Below are positions 31,091 to 45,100 of a DNA stretch of 64,000 nt, one piece after another (the first letter of the stretch is position 1; every line of letters begins with the position of its first letter). The translations under genes were made by a program, and so were the position numbers. Below the pieces are notes generated by a model, which did not search any database, had not been told where the DNA came from, and worked only from the letters and a program-made list of their open reading frames with translations. Source of the DNA: a virus (Duplodnaviria; Caudoviricetes); IMG/VR virus record IMGVR_UViG_3300021400_000949, positions 15,880 to 79,879 of that record; one strand, written 5' to 3'.

Positions 31091-34000
31091 TTAACTCTAA
31101 CCCCAGTTGTCACCGCCGTCAAAGATAAAACCATCAAGCGCGCCAGTATCAAGATTTATAGTAGCTGTTTTATTAGCACTAATTAATTTAATTAAATTTT
31201 TTCCAGAAGTACTACCAATAACTACTGCAGAATTTATGTGATTTGTTTCAATACCATTAATATTAATTCCAACCTAATTTTGTCTATAGCTTACAGTAGG
31301 CTAAGAATTGTATAATAAGAATGTTTTTCCATAAGTAGTTTTTGTAGTAGTTTTTATATTATTACCAATTTTACTCCAATAAACAATCCTAATATTATAA
31401 AATTGCCAAGTAGGTAAATTTGATAAATCTATATTGGAACCACTATATTGAGCTGTTCCATTAGTAATGCTGCCTAAACTTACCTAACTACTACTTAATT
31501 CACCTTGTGAAGTTAACCATTTAGTGGTAGTAGAAGAAAAATTAGAAGTGGTAGAAAACTAAATTCCATAATAAGCATTAGTAATATTATAATAATAATT
31601 ATTTTCACTAATAATACCAGCACCGTAATCGGTTTTTCCATTTAGAGTTGGTAATGTAAAAGAGTACCCAAATGTTTTATTGGTTAAATCATAAGTAGGC
31701 TATTGCTAATCAAAATCAAGACTTGCAAGCGCACAATGTCTTTGAGAAATATATTCGACATTTTCTGCAATTATCGGTATTGTTTTTCCATCCTAAGTTG
31801 CCTTAATTCTAAAATAACAATACTATGAATTATCTATTTGACCAACTGTAAATGACTAATTTATATAAAACTCAATAGCAGAATTAGTTGTACGAGAAAG
31901 ATTTTCCTATTTAAAAGTAGAACCATAATCTTTCCAATCATTATCTGTTAAATTTTCTAAAGCAGTTTTAGTCATTGTTATATCAGAACGATAAATCTAA
32001 GGGGTAAAAGTTATATCAGAAGTACTATAAGTTTTTGCTTTTTCATTTTCAGTACCAATCCAATATGTTAAATTATCTTTTTCTTTTATAATATATCCTT
32101 TTGTATCTATATATGTCGCACCATCCATACTTAACTTTAAATCAGGTGTTTCACTAAAACTAAAAGTTAGGCCCCATTTAGTATAATAATACGATATACC
32201 AAAAACATCGGTAAATTCAATACAAAAACCAACAGATTCATTGCCACTCTTTAAATATAAACCTAATTCATTAGTACTCCAATTATAAAGTCCAGATGTA
32301 GCGTATGGTCCACCTCTTTTTGTTTTTATAATTGTAACGCCTTCTGAAGATTTTCTATTTTCAGCTTCTACAATAGCAACCATTTTTCCATTGGCAGAAA
32401 GATAAGCTTTAGCTTCTTTACCTGTACCAGAAAAATTATTACCACTGATATAATTTTTAAAAATTATATTAAAATTAGTATCATCGGTAAAAGGATTAAT
32501 TTTTGTACTTCCATCAAAAGTTATATCATTTATACTAAAAACTCTATTTGTGCTACCCTCTGAAACTTTTGGTGCACCAGTTCGAGTTATATTATAAGTT
32601 TTTGAATTAAATGCAGAAGTTCCTCCCCAAGCTGATTTTAAGGAAAGAGTTAAAGTATAAGTAGTCCACTAAGCGGTGTTAGATATTACTAAAGGTATTT
32701 TTCCACTAGAAGAAAAAGACGTAGTATCATTTAATCTAACCTAGGCGTTACCAGAAATTGTTGGTTCTACTGTAACAGAACTATCTATATAATTAACCTT
32801 AGTACTCATGTACTAATAAAAACTTTTATGTAAAGAGCCATTTACATCAGATAAATTTAGAGTGTTCCAAATATCACTATTTAAAGATGGTGCCGGAGGA
32901 ATAACACAATACCCTTCACTTATAATTTCGCTACTTTGTTCTCCTAATTTATCTGTAACTATACATCTTATTTTATAAGCTTTTCCCCAATCTCCATTGG
33001 TAGGATAAGAATAATTACATGAATTAGTGGTAGTAGTTGTAGAAGTATAATCTTTTACAACATTATTAAAAGTTGGAGTGGTAGCCCCACCACTATAATC
33101 ATAAGTTCTAATATTCCAAGTATAGCTCGCCACTCCACAAGTAGAAGTAACACCAGTTATAGTAGCTTTTCCTGCAGTATAATAATAATCTTTTAACCAG
33201 TTAGTAATTTGGTTAGAAGTATATTGACTTGTTCTTGTCAAAGTTAAATTTTTCCCATCGGCAGACGGCTTTACATTTTTGGTAAAACTTTTACTACTTA
33301 CCGAACTATATTCACCTAGTGAATCTTTTGCCCAAAAATAATAAGTACCTCCAGTACTAGTTGACCAAGAAGTCCCTGTAATCGCGGTCGCCCCACTAGT
33401 AGAATTTGTAGTATTTCGATAATAAGTTATAGTGTGTCCATCTGCATCACTTGAACTAAGAGAAAAAGTAGCCGTACCATTAGATTTTATATAATTAACA
33501 TTGTTTAATATTGTAGCTCCACTCAGAGTAATGGTTGGTGCGGTTGGTAATGTGTTTCCTTTAACCGTATTAGTACTAGTTTCTCCACTTGAAGGGCCGT
33601 ACCCAGAAATAGTTGGTATAGCCTTAACAATAGCAGAATAAGACGCACCTCTTCCTAAATTTAAATTTGAAAAAGTAGCAGAAGTAGTAGTTGTAGTTTT
33701 AGTTGTACCATTTAAAGTAACTTCATATTGTTTAATAGCATTATTAGTACCAGCTGTTCCAGCTGCCCAAGAAACTGTTATATTAGCATTTGGTGTAACA
33801 ACAAGAGGAGTAGTTGAGCTACTATTAAATTTAATACTACTTGCTGTGGGGTTTGAGACGTTTGTATATCCCGCAGCAACAGATAAGGTTTGAGTATAAT
33901 ATCTAACCTAATTACTTATACCAGTGTCTAGCCTCTCACCAATAAACATATAAGATTTCGCGCCACCTGCGAGCCCCTAATTAGTTGCGCTTCCAGATAA

Positions 34001-34351
34001 AAATAATGCACAATTTGAAAAAGTTTTTGCTGCGTTATCAGTAATAGTCCAACTTACATTAAAAGTTAATCCTGATTTAGGAATTGAGTTTTTATTAAGC
34101 GGACGAGTCGCTATCTTCTATCCATCACCAAAACGAGTCCCTCTATCAGTAGGCGCGCCTGTACCTGTTGTATTTGCAGGAGACACCCCATAACATAAAT
34201 GAACATATAAATCAGAAGAGTCATTTTCTGATTTACCATTTCCGTAAATTGTACCTGAAGCGGTAATAATAATATCACTGCCGCTTCTTGCAATACTTAA
34301 AGTATATTCACAATTTATAACACTACTTGTAGAAGCATAAATTTTTGCCAT
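31091..34351 (-). CDS. Large S/T-rich tail protein with Ig/FnIII-like domains (TAG read as Gln)
   Basis: Track ORFs 34118..34351, 32813..33241 and 31997..32383 are in one frame separated by TAG; NTLPTAP..DADGHT..YYFWAKD, ends FDGGD. Confidence 0.75.
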
Positions 34352-34364
34352 ATTTTACTCCTTT

Positions 34365-37300
34365 TTATGACACATAAAGGTCATAACCTATTAAATTATT
34401 ATCACTATCACTAACCTACTAATATTTCATTTTATCTCCAAAATGAACTTCTCTGTCTATATTAACTATTTGAGAAGATAAAGTAGTTTTATCTATTCCT
34501 TCATCATTTTTTATTAACATTTTAGAAATATTATTAAATTTTATTTCAAAATTTGTATTAAGAGATAAATCACTTATTTCTAAATCAGGAGATTCTCCTT
34601 TTTCCTATATACCTATTATTTTATCGTTTTTAATAGTTAAATAAAAAGAATCATTTGTCGATTTTGTGTTAAAAGTATCTCCGATAAAATCAATAATATT
34701 ATTATTAATTTTTATAAATTTATTATCACCATTTGAACTAAAGCTACTATCATTAATTCTTAATAATTCCGTGTTTGATCTATCTGAAGCAAATATAATA
34801 CCATTAGTTGTATCATGTATTGTTAATGCGGCGGCATTATTTTCGGTACCACCATATATATCAATCGCATATAACTTAGAAGCTGTTAATGTTGCTGCAC
34901 TAATTGAAGCTTCAGTAATTATAGAACCTGTAAAGTAACCTTGCCTTGCATAAAATGAACCATCTTCAGTTACCTAAAAAGGTGAATCTTTTATATCATT
35001 ATCTTTATTACTTTTTGCACCGGCCCAAAATACTATTCTTGACCGATCTTTATATGATACAGGTTTATCATCAAAAATATTAGCATGGACTCCATCTCTA
35101 GTATTAACACCTGCATATGTGGTTTTTGTTCCATCACTATGTTTAACTTCTGTAACCAAGCTACCGGTTAAATAGACATTTTCTCCATAAAGACCATAAC
35201 CAGTAATATTATCTAAATTTAACTTAGTTAAATTACCTAATAATAAGTTTGGTCTTCCTTCATGAGAACCATATTGATTTACTCCAATAGCATCAATCAT
35301 GGTTAAAGCTTCTGGATATAACATTTTATTTTGATGACTTTGAGAATTTATACCAATCACTAAATTATTTGCATAAACTGGCAACTAAATATAATAAGTT
35401 TTATTTTCTAGAGGAGTTATATCTTCTGTTTGAAAATAACTAATTTCATAATAATTTATTCCTTCTTCAAAAATAGAACCTTCAAATTTTATATAATTAT
35501 TATTTTCATCTTTTATATAATATTCTTTTTCTAATTGTGGAAAATCATCCTAAGTTATTATATAAGTTTTTTCATAATAATTAATTTCTGGCTCAAAATT
35601 AGTGCCATTAAACTACTCATATTTTACTTTTCCAGTTAAATCTGCTATCTGTAAAACTGTATAATTATGTTTAACATCAAAATTTCTATTTGTTTTTACA
35701 GTATATTTATGATAAAATTCATCAATTGTATAATAAGTTTTTCCTTCTATATAAGTTTCATCTTCTGTTTCAATATATCTATTAATTTTTTCATAATAAG
35801 TTACACCAACTTCAAAAGGCTAATCAGTGCCAATATACTCTATATACTCTTGACCATTTAATATATAATAAACTTTATCTAATACTGGAGTTTCATCTTC
35901 TGTTTCGATATACTCATCAATCAATTCATAATAAGTTATTCCATCTTTAAAACTATCAATCTCAATTTTATTATAAACAGGCCCTATTTCATTAATAATA
36001 CCATATATTTCTTCTGAGCTATCTTCTTTAGAAGTAAATAAAACTATGGTTCCTATATCCCAGGTAATAGGAGTTTTGGTTGTAAAAATATAACTATTTA
36101 CCTAACTCTCTAAAGTATCTATTTCAGAGCTTTCTTTAAAGATCATTGCTCCACCGACTGCTTGAACCTTACCAATTTCAAATATTGCAGTATGTAATGT
36201 ACCAGTTATATCAACATCTTTAAAAACAGACCTGTCTGATGTAATGGTAACGTTGGGACCAGCGATTATTTTAGCATTAGGATCATCTAACTATATAGTT
36301 GAAGTCTAACCATCTACTTCAATAGAACCTAAGTTCATAACTCCGTTATCATAAATTTTTATATAGCCATTATTAACACTATTATTGCCCGCACTAATAA
36401 ATAAATGATCATGTTTTGTTGGTTCATAAATATAGGCATTACCTAATTTTAAATAATCATCAATTTCTGCCCCAATCCCTAATGTAATTTTATTAGCAAT
36501 TATAGAACCATCAGCACCATTTAACTATATAGACTATTCTTCATCAGTGGATGTTAACTAATTATTTGCAATCTAAAAACCGCCAATAATACCGGAAGCC
36601 GCACTTATATCTCCTGCAAAATCACCTTCCATCGCCTCTAATCTACCAGAAAATATTCCTTTTTTAGCTTCAATAGAACCATCATTATGCACTATAAAAT
36701 TATTATTAGCATTTATAGACTAGTCTGTATATAATTCATAATATTCTTTACCCTATTCAAATTCAGAACCTTCAAATACTCCATAACTACCGTTTTCTTG
36801 AACATAATAATATGTCTTACCTTCCTACTTTTCCGTATCAATTGTAGGTATATAAGAAGGACCACTCATTAAAATAATACCATTGTTTTCGTCTTTTAAT
36901 GAATAAATAGATGTACTACCTATAGTAAAACCACCGATATTACCTTTAGTAGCTTCTATTGCTCCACTAAATCTACCAGTTGCAGCGGATATATCACCAG
37001 AAAAATCACCGGTTACACCTTCCAATCTACCTGTAAAAACGCCATTATTAAAAGTACCATTATTAGCAATTATAGAACCATTATCATACATAATAAAATT
37101 ATTATTAGCATTAAATACTTGTCCTACTTGCTCATAATAGGTTTTATCTGCATTAGGTATAGTATCTGAAGTTACATTATAAGTATTAGTACTTTCATCA
37201 TATTCATAGTATGTTTTTCCCGTTATAAAAGAATCTCCAACTGCAACTTCATCATATCCATAAACATAAGGATTATTAGGCAAATTACCAATAGCAATAT

Positions 37301-40300
37301 TATTATTATTTAAATTACCAATATATAAAGCATCTTTAAGCCAAAGGTTCCCATTACTATCACTTTCCATAACAGGAACTGCAACAATCTACCCATTCCT
37401 TTCTTCAGGTTTAGAAATTCTGATTCCATAAATATTTGGATCACCACTAGTTTCCTAACCACGAAGCTTACCTATTTTTACACGATTAATATTTTCTTCA
37501 TCCCAAACACTAATATCATCTTCAGAAGTGATCGTTACGGCGCCGGTATCAGTTTTTAACTTAAAACCTTTCCAAGTAACAGCAAAATTTGCATCTTTCC
37601 ATATCTAACTTTCAGATTCAGGTTTGTATTCCGCGTCACTTTCACCAATATTATTAATACCATAGAGACCATATCTATCAAATCTTACAAAAGTATTGCT
37701 ATTAACATTTATATTTCCACTCTAATCAGTTTCATAGTAATACGCATTTATACCATATTTATTCCAAGTAAAAGTCTTATAACTCCCACTAAGTATCTAA
37801 ATGTTATCAACATTAATGCTGCCCGCAGTTAAATTCTGTGTCGAAATTCCAGCGCCACTTACACCAACAGTCCAAGTAACACCACCATCATCAGAAACTT
37901 GAAGGCCAGCACTACTAAGCCTAACCATATGTTGCGGATTTGTTGTATCAACAGCAGTAATACCTGTTGCATTAATAACAACTGAATCATCCGTCGCGCG
38001 CCAAGCCAACTGTTCATTATATGCAAATGACTTTTCAAGCGTCCAAGAGTTGATTTCTCCCGTAGGCTCAACTATTGAAGCCGCACGATTATACGCGCCA
38101 GATGCATACTAGAGCGATTGGGTTGTTGCAGTTATACGTTGGAACAAGTCTTCAAACTATGTTTTGTAGTTTTGAACAGTTATTGTATCTTGCTCAGGTG
38201 AATCAAATACTGAGGTTATTTCTGAAATAATTACCTCTTCTTTATATGGAGTTATTCTATCATTTAAATAACCAAAGAATTCAGTATCTTCGATATAGGC
38301 CTTATCGCCAACATTAAAGATTTTATTCTTAAATTCATCAAGTGCGCTTAAACGTAATACATTTATATTATATTGAATTTGAGGGCGCGAACTCGTATAA
38401 GCAACGCTTTCAGCATCAAGATAGTAAAGATTATCATCATAATAATCTTCTGAAATCCATGAACCTTCCTATATGAAGCGTGCATATTTTTTATAGAATT
38501 TCTCGTCGAGTTCTTTTATGTTTCCTTCTATTGTTTTTTGTTCAGTTTCTTTTGCTTCAATATCATTTTTTAATTTTGTTACCTAAACATCTATCTAATT
38601 CTTAGTTTCTTGATATTTAGGTAATTCAGTATTTAATCTAGTTAAAGTATCCCAAAGTGTCTAAACTGCCTAATAATCTTTATGATTTTTAACATAATTA
38701 TAAACTTTAGTTTTATTATAACTACCAGAAAGTCCAGCATATCCCATTAAACGAGTTTCAACGGAGCTAATTTCTTTTGTAGTAGAATCACAAAGTTTTG
38801 TATAATTATCTAAAGCAGAGTTATATCTATCTAACTAAGCTTTTAAATCAACAATATCATCTGTTATCTAGTCGTATTGTGTATTAAACTATCTTAACCA
38901 ATAATAATATCCAATACCATTACCGCTATCACTTGAATCATATAAATCGCGGTTTATCTCTCCGCTACTTAACATTCCCTAATTTATATAATATCCAAAA
39001 TCAAGAATAAAATTTGCTTTTGAATAATTTTCACTAGAGCGCGCAATTGTACAGAAGCCATCTTCTGCAAATTCATTTGAGTTAGGACTAACAATAACTT
39101 TTGTAGCAATCTAATCTGAATTAATGGTGCGGCTTATCGTATTAAGGTCTATTCCATAAACAAAACTTAAACCGGTATTATCGCCAATTTCTTCTACAAA
39201 AGTTACTTCTTTATGCGGCACACCGTTATAATATTTGAGTTCACCAGTTTCGGGATTATGCTCAATATAAAATTTTGCCCAGCACTCAAAAGTTTCAGCT
39301 ATTGTCTAAATCCAATTAAATCTATTTGAGTTCTTACCAGTGATACTACGAATTTTTTCGCCAACTTTATTACCTTCGGGGTAATCTGGAATATAATTTA
39401 AGTTAGGCGTATCACTATAATCAGAAAATACAATGTCTTCTTCTGAAGATGCTGTTAAATATTGTTCAGCAAAATAACGCCATTCTGTTTTTACAACACC
39501 ATCAACATCGTATTCTGAAGGAATTAAAAGTTTTCCAGAAGCATCAGTAATATAGTCAAAAAATTGTATTTCTTCTATCCAAAGATGAGTAATAGAAGAT
39601 GTCTAATTGCTATATTTAAATCTTAAAGTAACTGGAGTGTTACTAATTAAATTGTTATAAGCACAAGAAGAAGTTACTTTGAGTATATAACGAACCCAAC
39701 CAGTATTATTACCAAGCTCATCTGTTTCTACTATAGTAGAATCAACACCAATATAATTAGTCCCTCCGCTATTAGTTGATGAAACACGTATATCATTTAT
39801 CCCACCAGTAAAATAGCTATCTGGTGCAGTGTTATTACCATATTTAGCCTTAATTCTTAAAACTAATTTTTCACCTTTAGTAAGACCGTTTTTAAATCTA
39901 CCATATCTATAATCATAAAGAGTAGAATTCTAAATCCAACTACCTTTTGGAATAATTAAATAACTAGTTACATTTTCCGCGCCGGTTGAATAAGGAGGAT
40001 ACACGTTCCAGTTCGCACCAGTCCACCCCTAAGTACTAGTAAAAGCGCGCCCATTAACAATATAATCAGTTACAAGAGTTGGGTCCGTATATGAAGTAGT
40101 TTCATAACCATAATAGGTATCATTACCTTTTTTATACTTTAAAACATATCTATTTAACGGAGGACAAAAAGCAGTTTCTTGTGATTTGACTAAACGCTTT
40201 GCGTGGTACTCGTTAGAAATTTGTCCTGACGTAAAAGTAATAGTAGCTGTTCCTAAAATAGAATCATTTGTAATTGTCGCTGTATTAGTTTTTTCATTCC

Positions 40301-41015
40301 AAGAAGCAACCGCGCTCTTACATTCACCATTAGTAACAAGCATTGAAGTACCATCACGCACATAAATATTAGAAGAATCATACCAATACTAAAAATCAGT
40401 TGCGTAGTTTTGTACAACAGAATAGAATACTAAAATTCTTTTTCCATTTACAGTAACATCATAAACTGGTTCTTCTCTATATTGCTTAATTGGGGCCTAT
40501 CCTTCTGGAACAACCCAATCAGTTCCATCAAGCACCGTCTATGCAAGTTCCTGCGCGGTCCCCATGTTATTCCCAAGTTCATTATCAAACTCAAGATTAA
40601 AACCATTCTTACTCAATTCATTAATAAACTAATCCTAACAAGTATAAGTAACTGATTTTCCGCTTGAATCTTCATTAATATTTTTTATAACAAAATCGTA
40701 CCATTCACCCTTCCATTTAACTTTAACTTTTCTCTCATTAACAAGCAATGTCTTAAAAGGATTATCCTTTCTTTCGCCTGTTATTGTATCAATATAGGTA
40801 TAAAACATTTTAAATGAAAAGGTATTAGTACCATTGACATTCTATGTAAGTCTTGGTTCTACGGCGCGCCACTGCGCAGTCATCGAATCAGAACCAATTA
40901 CACCAATTTTTTCTTCCTCATAATGAGTGGGAATCTCATTATCCCCACTGCCAGAAGCCGCAACTGGTACGTCTTCCCAAAGGCTTATTTCATAAGCATC
41001 TTTGAATTGTTCCAT
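34365..41015 (-). CDS. Baseplate hub / central tail (host-specificity) protein, about 2216 aa (TAG read as Gln)
   Basis: Follows Dit; N-terminal phage tail endopeptidase-like region; G.F.G.I.A..G.IGGF repeats; track fragments all in frame; interior only spot-checked for TAA/TGA. Confidence 0.75.
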
Positions 41016-41032
41016 AAGCCCCTCCTTTTAAC

Positions 41033-42133
41033 TCAATAATAAAGATAATCATATTCAATATTCTTCATAATATTATTTCCAGTACTAAAATAAAAATAAG
41101 TTGAACTATTTGCAGGTATTTTAAAGAAATTGCCAGCAGTAATATATTTATTTAATAATCCTCCAGTAGGGTTGCCGTTTTCATCGGTTACTTCTACTAA
41201 ATTAGCCTTACTATTAATTCTAAAATAAGTGCCTTCTGGAATATCTTTAAAAGTCATTTTATAATTTGTTAGTTCACCTACGTCATTTTGATAAAAATGA
41301 ATCGTAAATGGACTCTAAGAAGTTGCCTAACAATATAACAAAAAATCCGTGTCTAAATCACCCTAATTTCTTACAAAAATAACATTATTTTCACCACTGC
41401 CTCTAGAATAAACTCTATCTAAGTATTCCCCGCTTCCAGATCTCGTTTCTCCTGTATGAAGCATCCCACTGGCGGCCGCCCATTCAAAAGGAACGCGTTT
41501 TCTTTCGTAATATTTTTGTCCTTCAACAAAGGCTTGACCTGTAAATTCTACGTATTCTTCATCTTCGTTTTTTATATAATAAGTTTTTCCATCTTGCTTT
41601 TCTGTATCAGAAGTTAAAAAATATCTAAAAGTATCGTATCCATCATATTCACTTAAATATTTATTTACACTGCGCGCGAACGGATAATAGCATACAAACT
41701 AAATCGTACCTTCGCCCTTATAAATCCTCTGCACACCTGCACTTCTTTCCATTGGTGCAACTTCATCAAAACATATATAATTAAAATTTGGTACTGCCGC
41801 AATCTTCGCACTATAAGCCTTATACGGCGCCTCATCGAATATCAACTAATGAATTCCTTTATCTCCAAACCATTTTCTTAATTCTCTAAACTCACTTTCC
41901 GTAAGTTCATCTGTGGCAAAAGGGACTGAAAAAACTTTTTGCTGATAATAACTTCCGAAATAATAAGTCCCATCCCCGCCAGGAACGGCAACCGTAACAT
42001 CGTTAAACGATGGGAGTAGCTCAGAATTGTATCTACTCCCATCACTTGTTCTAACGATTCCCATATCGGAAGAATGTTTACCATCAAAAGTAAATCCCAT
42101 AAAGTCACCTTTAAAGTAAGCTCTTGATGCCAT
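41033..42133 (-). CDS. Distal tail protein (Dit)
   Basis: FTFDGKHSSDMGI..VPGGDG..FDE.PYK.Y motif; directly after the tape measure. Confidence 0.8.
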
Positions 42134-42150
42134 TCCTTTTCCTCCTAAAC

Positions 42151-45100
42151 TTAACGAATTAAGTTAATCGCATTTACGTTGCGGTAAGTTGCGTCTTTGT
42201 TAATTTCATTTTTAATCTTTCCAATTAACTTATCAACATCATAATCATTTGCTAACTGGTCTACTTTAATGTCGAAATTATAGTAGTTATCTCCACCATT
42301 TTGAAGTTTGTCGAGTGACCCCATATCGGAGAGAATATCTTTTAATTGGATAAAGTTTTCGGTATCGCGCGCATTTAATACGAGCTCTGGGTGGGATGCG
42401 GTTCCGTCGAGCCATGCGAGACCTGTTTGAGTGCTTAAGCCGCCGGTTTTATACGTTTTATAAGAAGCATTAGCCCTATTCCATTGCGCTAATATTTGTC
42501 TAAAAATTTCTTTTTCTGAAGAAGAAGCATTTTTCCATGCATTATATTTATCTTGTCTCATTTTTCCTAAATACTCTTTAGCCTCTTTTTCGGCGGCTGA
42601 AGTAGAAGAATGTTTTGTACTACCCGTCCATAAAGTATTTGGCCCATCTTTTATCTAAGCTCTATAATATTTTTTTGGTGCAGAAGTCTTGTTACCTGAT
42701 CCACTATTACCACTATTACCACTATTACCACCAGTATTACTACCTGATGTACTTGAAGCTTTTCCATCCAAAGCTTTCTATATTGAAGCTAAATAATCTT
42801 TTAGCCAAGCATTTGGATCGGTAGTGTCTTTAGCCTATTTATTACTATATACATATGCACCACTACCTTTATTAGCAGTAGCATCCCAATAAATATCATA
42901 AAGATTACCAGATTTATCAATCCAACGTTGTAATGTATTATCAAACCAAACATCTGCTGTTTTATTTACATCGTGTTCATCTTGAACCGACATTGTATTA
43001 TTAGAAGAAGTATGCTTAAGCTTCTCTTGGTCAACCTTAAAATTGCTCATACCTTCCATGGCAGCTTTATACTCATTTGCAAGTTTAGTCATCCAATCTT
43101 CACCCGCAAATTTTGTCATGGAAGTCCAGCCTTCATTATCTTGTAATAATTTCTTAACTTCTTCTGTTACTTCTCCAGCTGCAGCAGTTTCATTAATTAA
43201 TCTTTCAGCCGTTGCATTAAATCCACCACTCTAAACTGTCCAATCATGAATAGCTTGCATAATATCAATCTATTCCTAACGCTGCTATGAAGCCTTCTCG
43301 TTCTCGTCACTTAACTTCTGCATTCCCTAATCAATTAACTAATCAGAATAATTCTACCTCGCATCGGCTAAATCTTGCTCAAGCTTCATAATCTCCATCT
43401 GGTTCGCGCCGGATGTGTCACGACGTAAATAAGCAAGTCTTGCTTCCTTTGAAGCAATATCATCTTCTGTCTTAGTATTATCTCTTATCTAACGCTCAAG
43501 GTCTATCGACTCTTGCATACTAGATAAAACGCGGGAATTAGCTTCATTTATACTATCAAATTTTGCACTTAAATCATCTATTAATTTTTGGTCAGCATTT
43601 ATTAAAGCATCAATAATTCTTTGTTCAAAACTAAGATACTCTTCTTTTCCTCTTTGGTTAATTTCCCAAATGGTATCTTCCATATCTTCAATGGTTGTTT
43701 GAGTATCTTCAAATTGTCCTTGCAACTCTTCCAAGCGGCCGACATATGCTTCAATTGCCTTGCCAAGTTCTTCATCTCTTACGGCTTCAATAGCGGCCCA
43801 ATCAATTTGAATCGTTTGAGTATCAAAGTTGTAGTTAGCATACTTTGTAACACCCATCTTTTCAAAGGTAGTTCTTTGGTCACCATTATCATAACGTTCA
43901 TTAGCAAGATTTTCAATTTGCTCACGACGTCCAGCTTGGAGACGCTTTTGATATTCAACTTCTTGGCGAAGATTTGCAATCTCTTGCGCCGAATTTTTAA
44001 GCAATTCTGCGGCAGTGCGCTCTCTACGTTTAAGGATCCGGTCATAATCACGCTCTATTTTTTCACGAGTACGAAGGGCTTCGTTAATTTTTTCAGTTAG
44101 ATTATAGTATTTGTCATATGGATTCTTCCAATTATCTTGTTTTTTGGACGAACCACCGCCTCCACCGCCGCCTTTCTTGCCTTTACTTGCATTACCCTTC
44201 CCACCAGTAAGGTTCTTAGTAGAAATTCCACCACCGCCAGAACCAGTAGAAGTAAGAGTTTTTATGGATGGGGCCATTACATCTTCTGTCCAAGTAACAG
44301 GTACCATATCGGTAGAAGGTATCATATCAGTTATATTGCCTTCGTCATCTCTTTTTATTGAATAAGATGTCTATGGATAATAACGAGTCTGTGTTATAGG
44401 TGTAGTATGCCCATCAAATTCAACATCATAACCTAATCTCTTAAAATACTCAGATACCTAATCAGCAGTCATGCCAGAAGCATTTATCATTTCTTGACAA
44501 GCAGCAATAAAATCATCTTGTCCAGTTAATTCAACTCCAGCTTCAAGCGTTGGTAATTCCCAATTTTCTAACTCATTAGCAAAATCATTGACTATATTTT
44601 GAGCTTCTGGATCTAAACCTAAATTTATTAAATAATCTTGTGCAGCCGCAACCTATAATTCTCCAAGAGCTTCGGTATCACCTTCTGCAGCCTTTTTAAT
44701 ATTTTCAATATTTTTAGCATTATTCCAAAATTCGTCAGATAAATCTTCAGAAGCGTTAAGCATTTTGTTAACACTATCTCTTAAATCATTATAAGCTTTA
44801 GCATCATCTGAAGTAGTAGCTTTAATTAAACCAGAATCCTAATCAATTAAACCTACCCAATCATTATAGCTACCTATAATTTCATCTAAGCCTGCATTTA
44901 AATTCATATTGCTTAATGCAACTTCGTATGCTGTAGCTTTATTATTCTATAAGTTCTAATTTATATTCTAAAGAGAAAGCGCATAAGCATCAAGCTCTTC
45001 TGTATCATACCCCGCACGTTGTGCTTCATTCTATGCACTATAAACTATGCTTTCTTCAGAACCGCCCCGAACTTCATTTTCCTAAGCAGTATATTTAGAT

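Noticed and set aside
29380-41015. Diversity-generating retroelement acting on tail fibres
   Set aside because: No reverse transcriptase and no TR/VR near-duplicate pair seen in the window.
42702-42745. CCACTATTA tandem repeat as a contingency locus
   Set aside because: In-frame 9-bp units encode a Gly-Asn-Ser linker in the tape measure; slippage would not shift frame.
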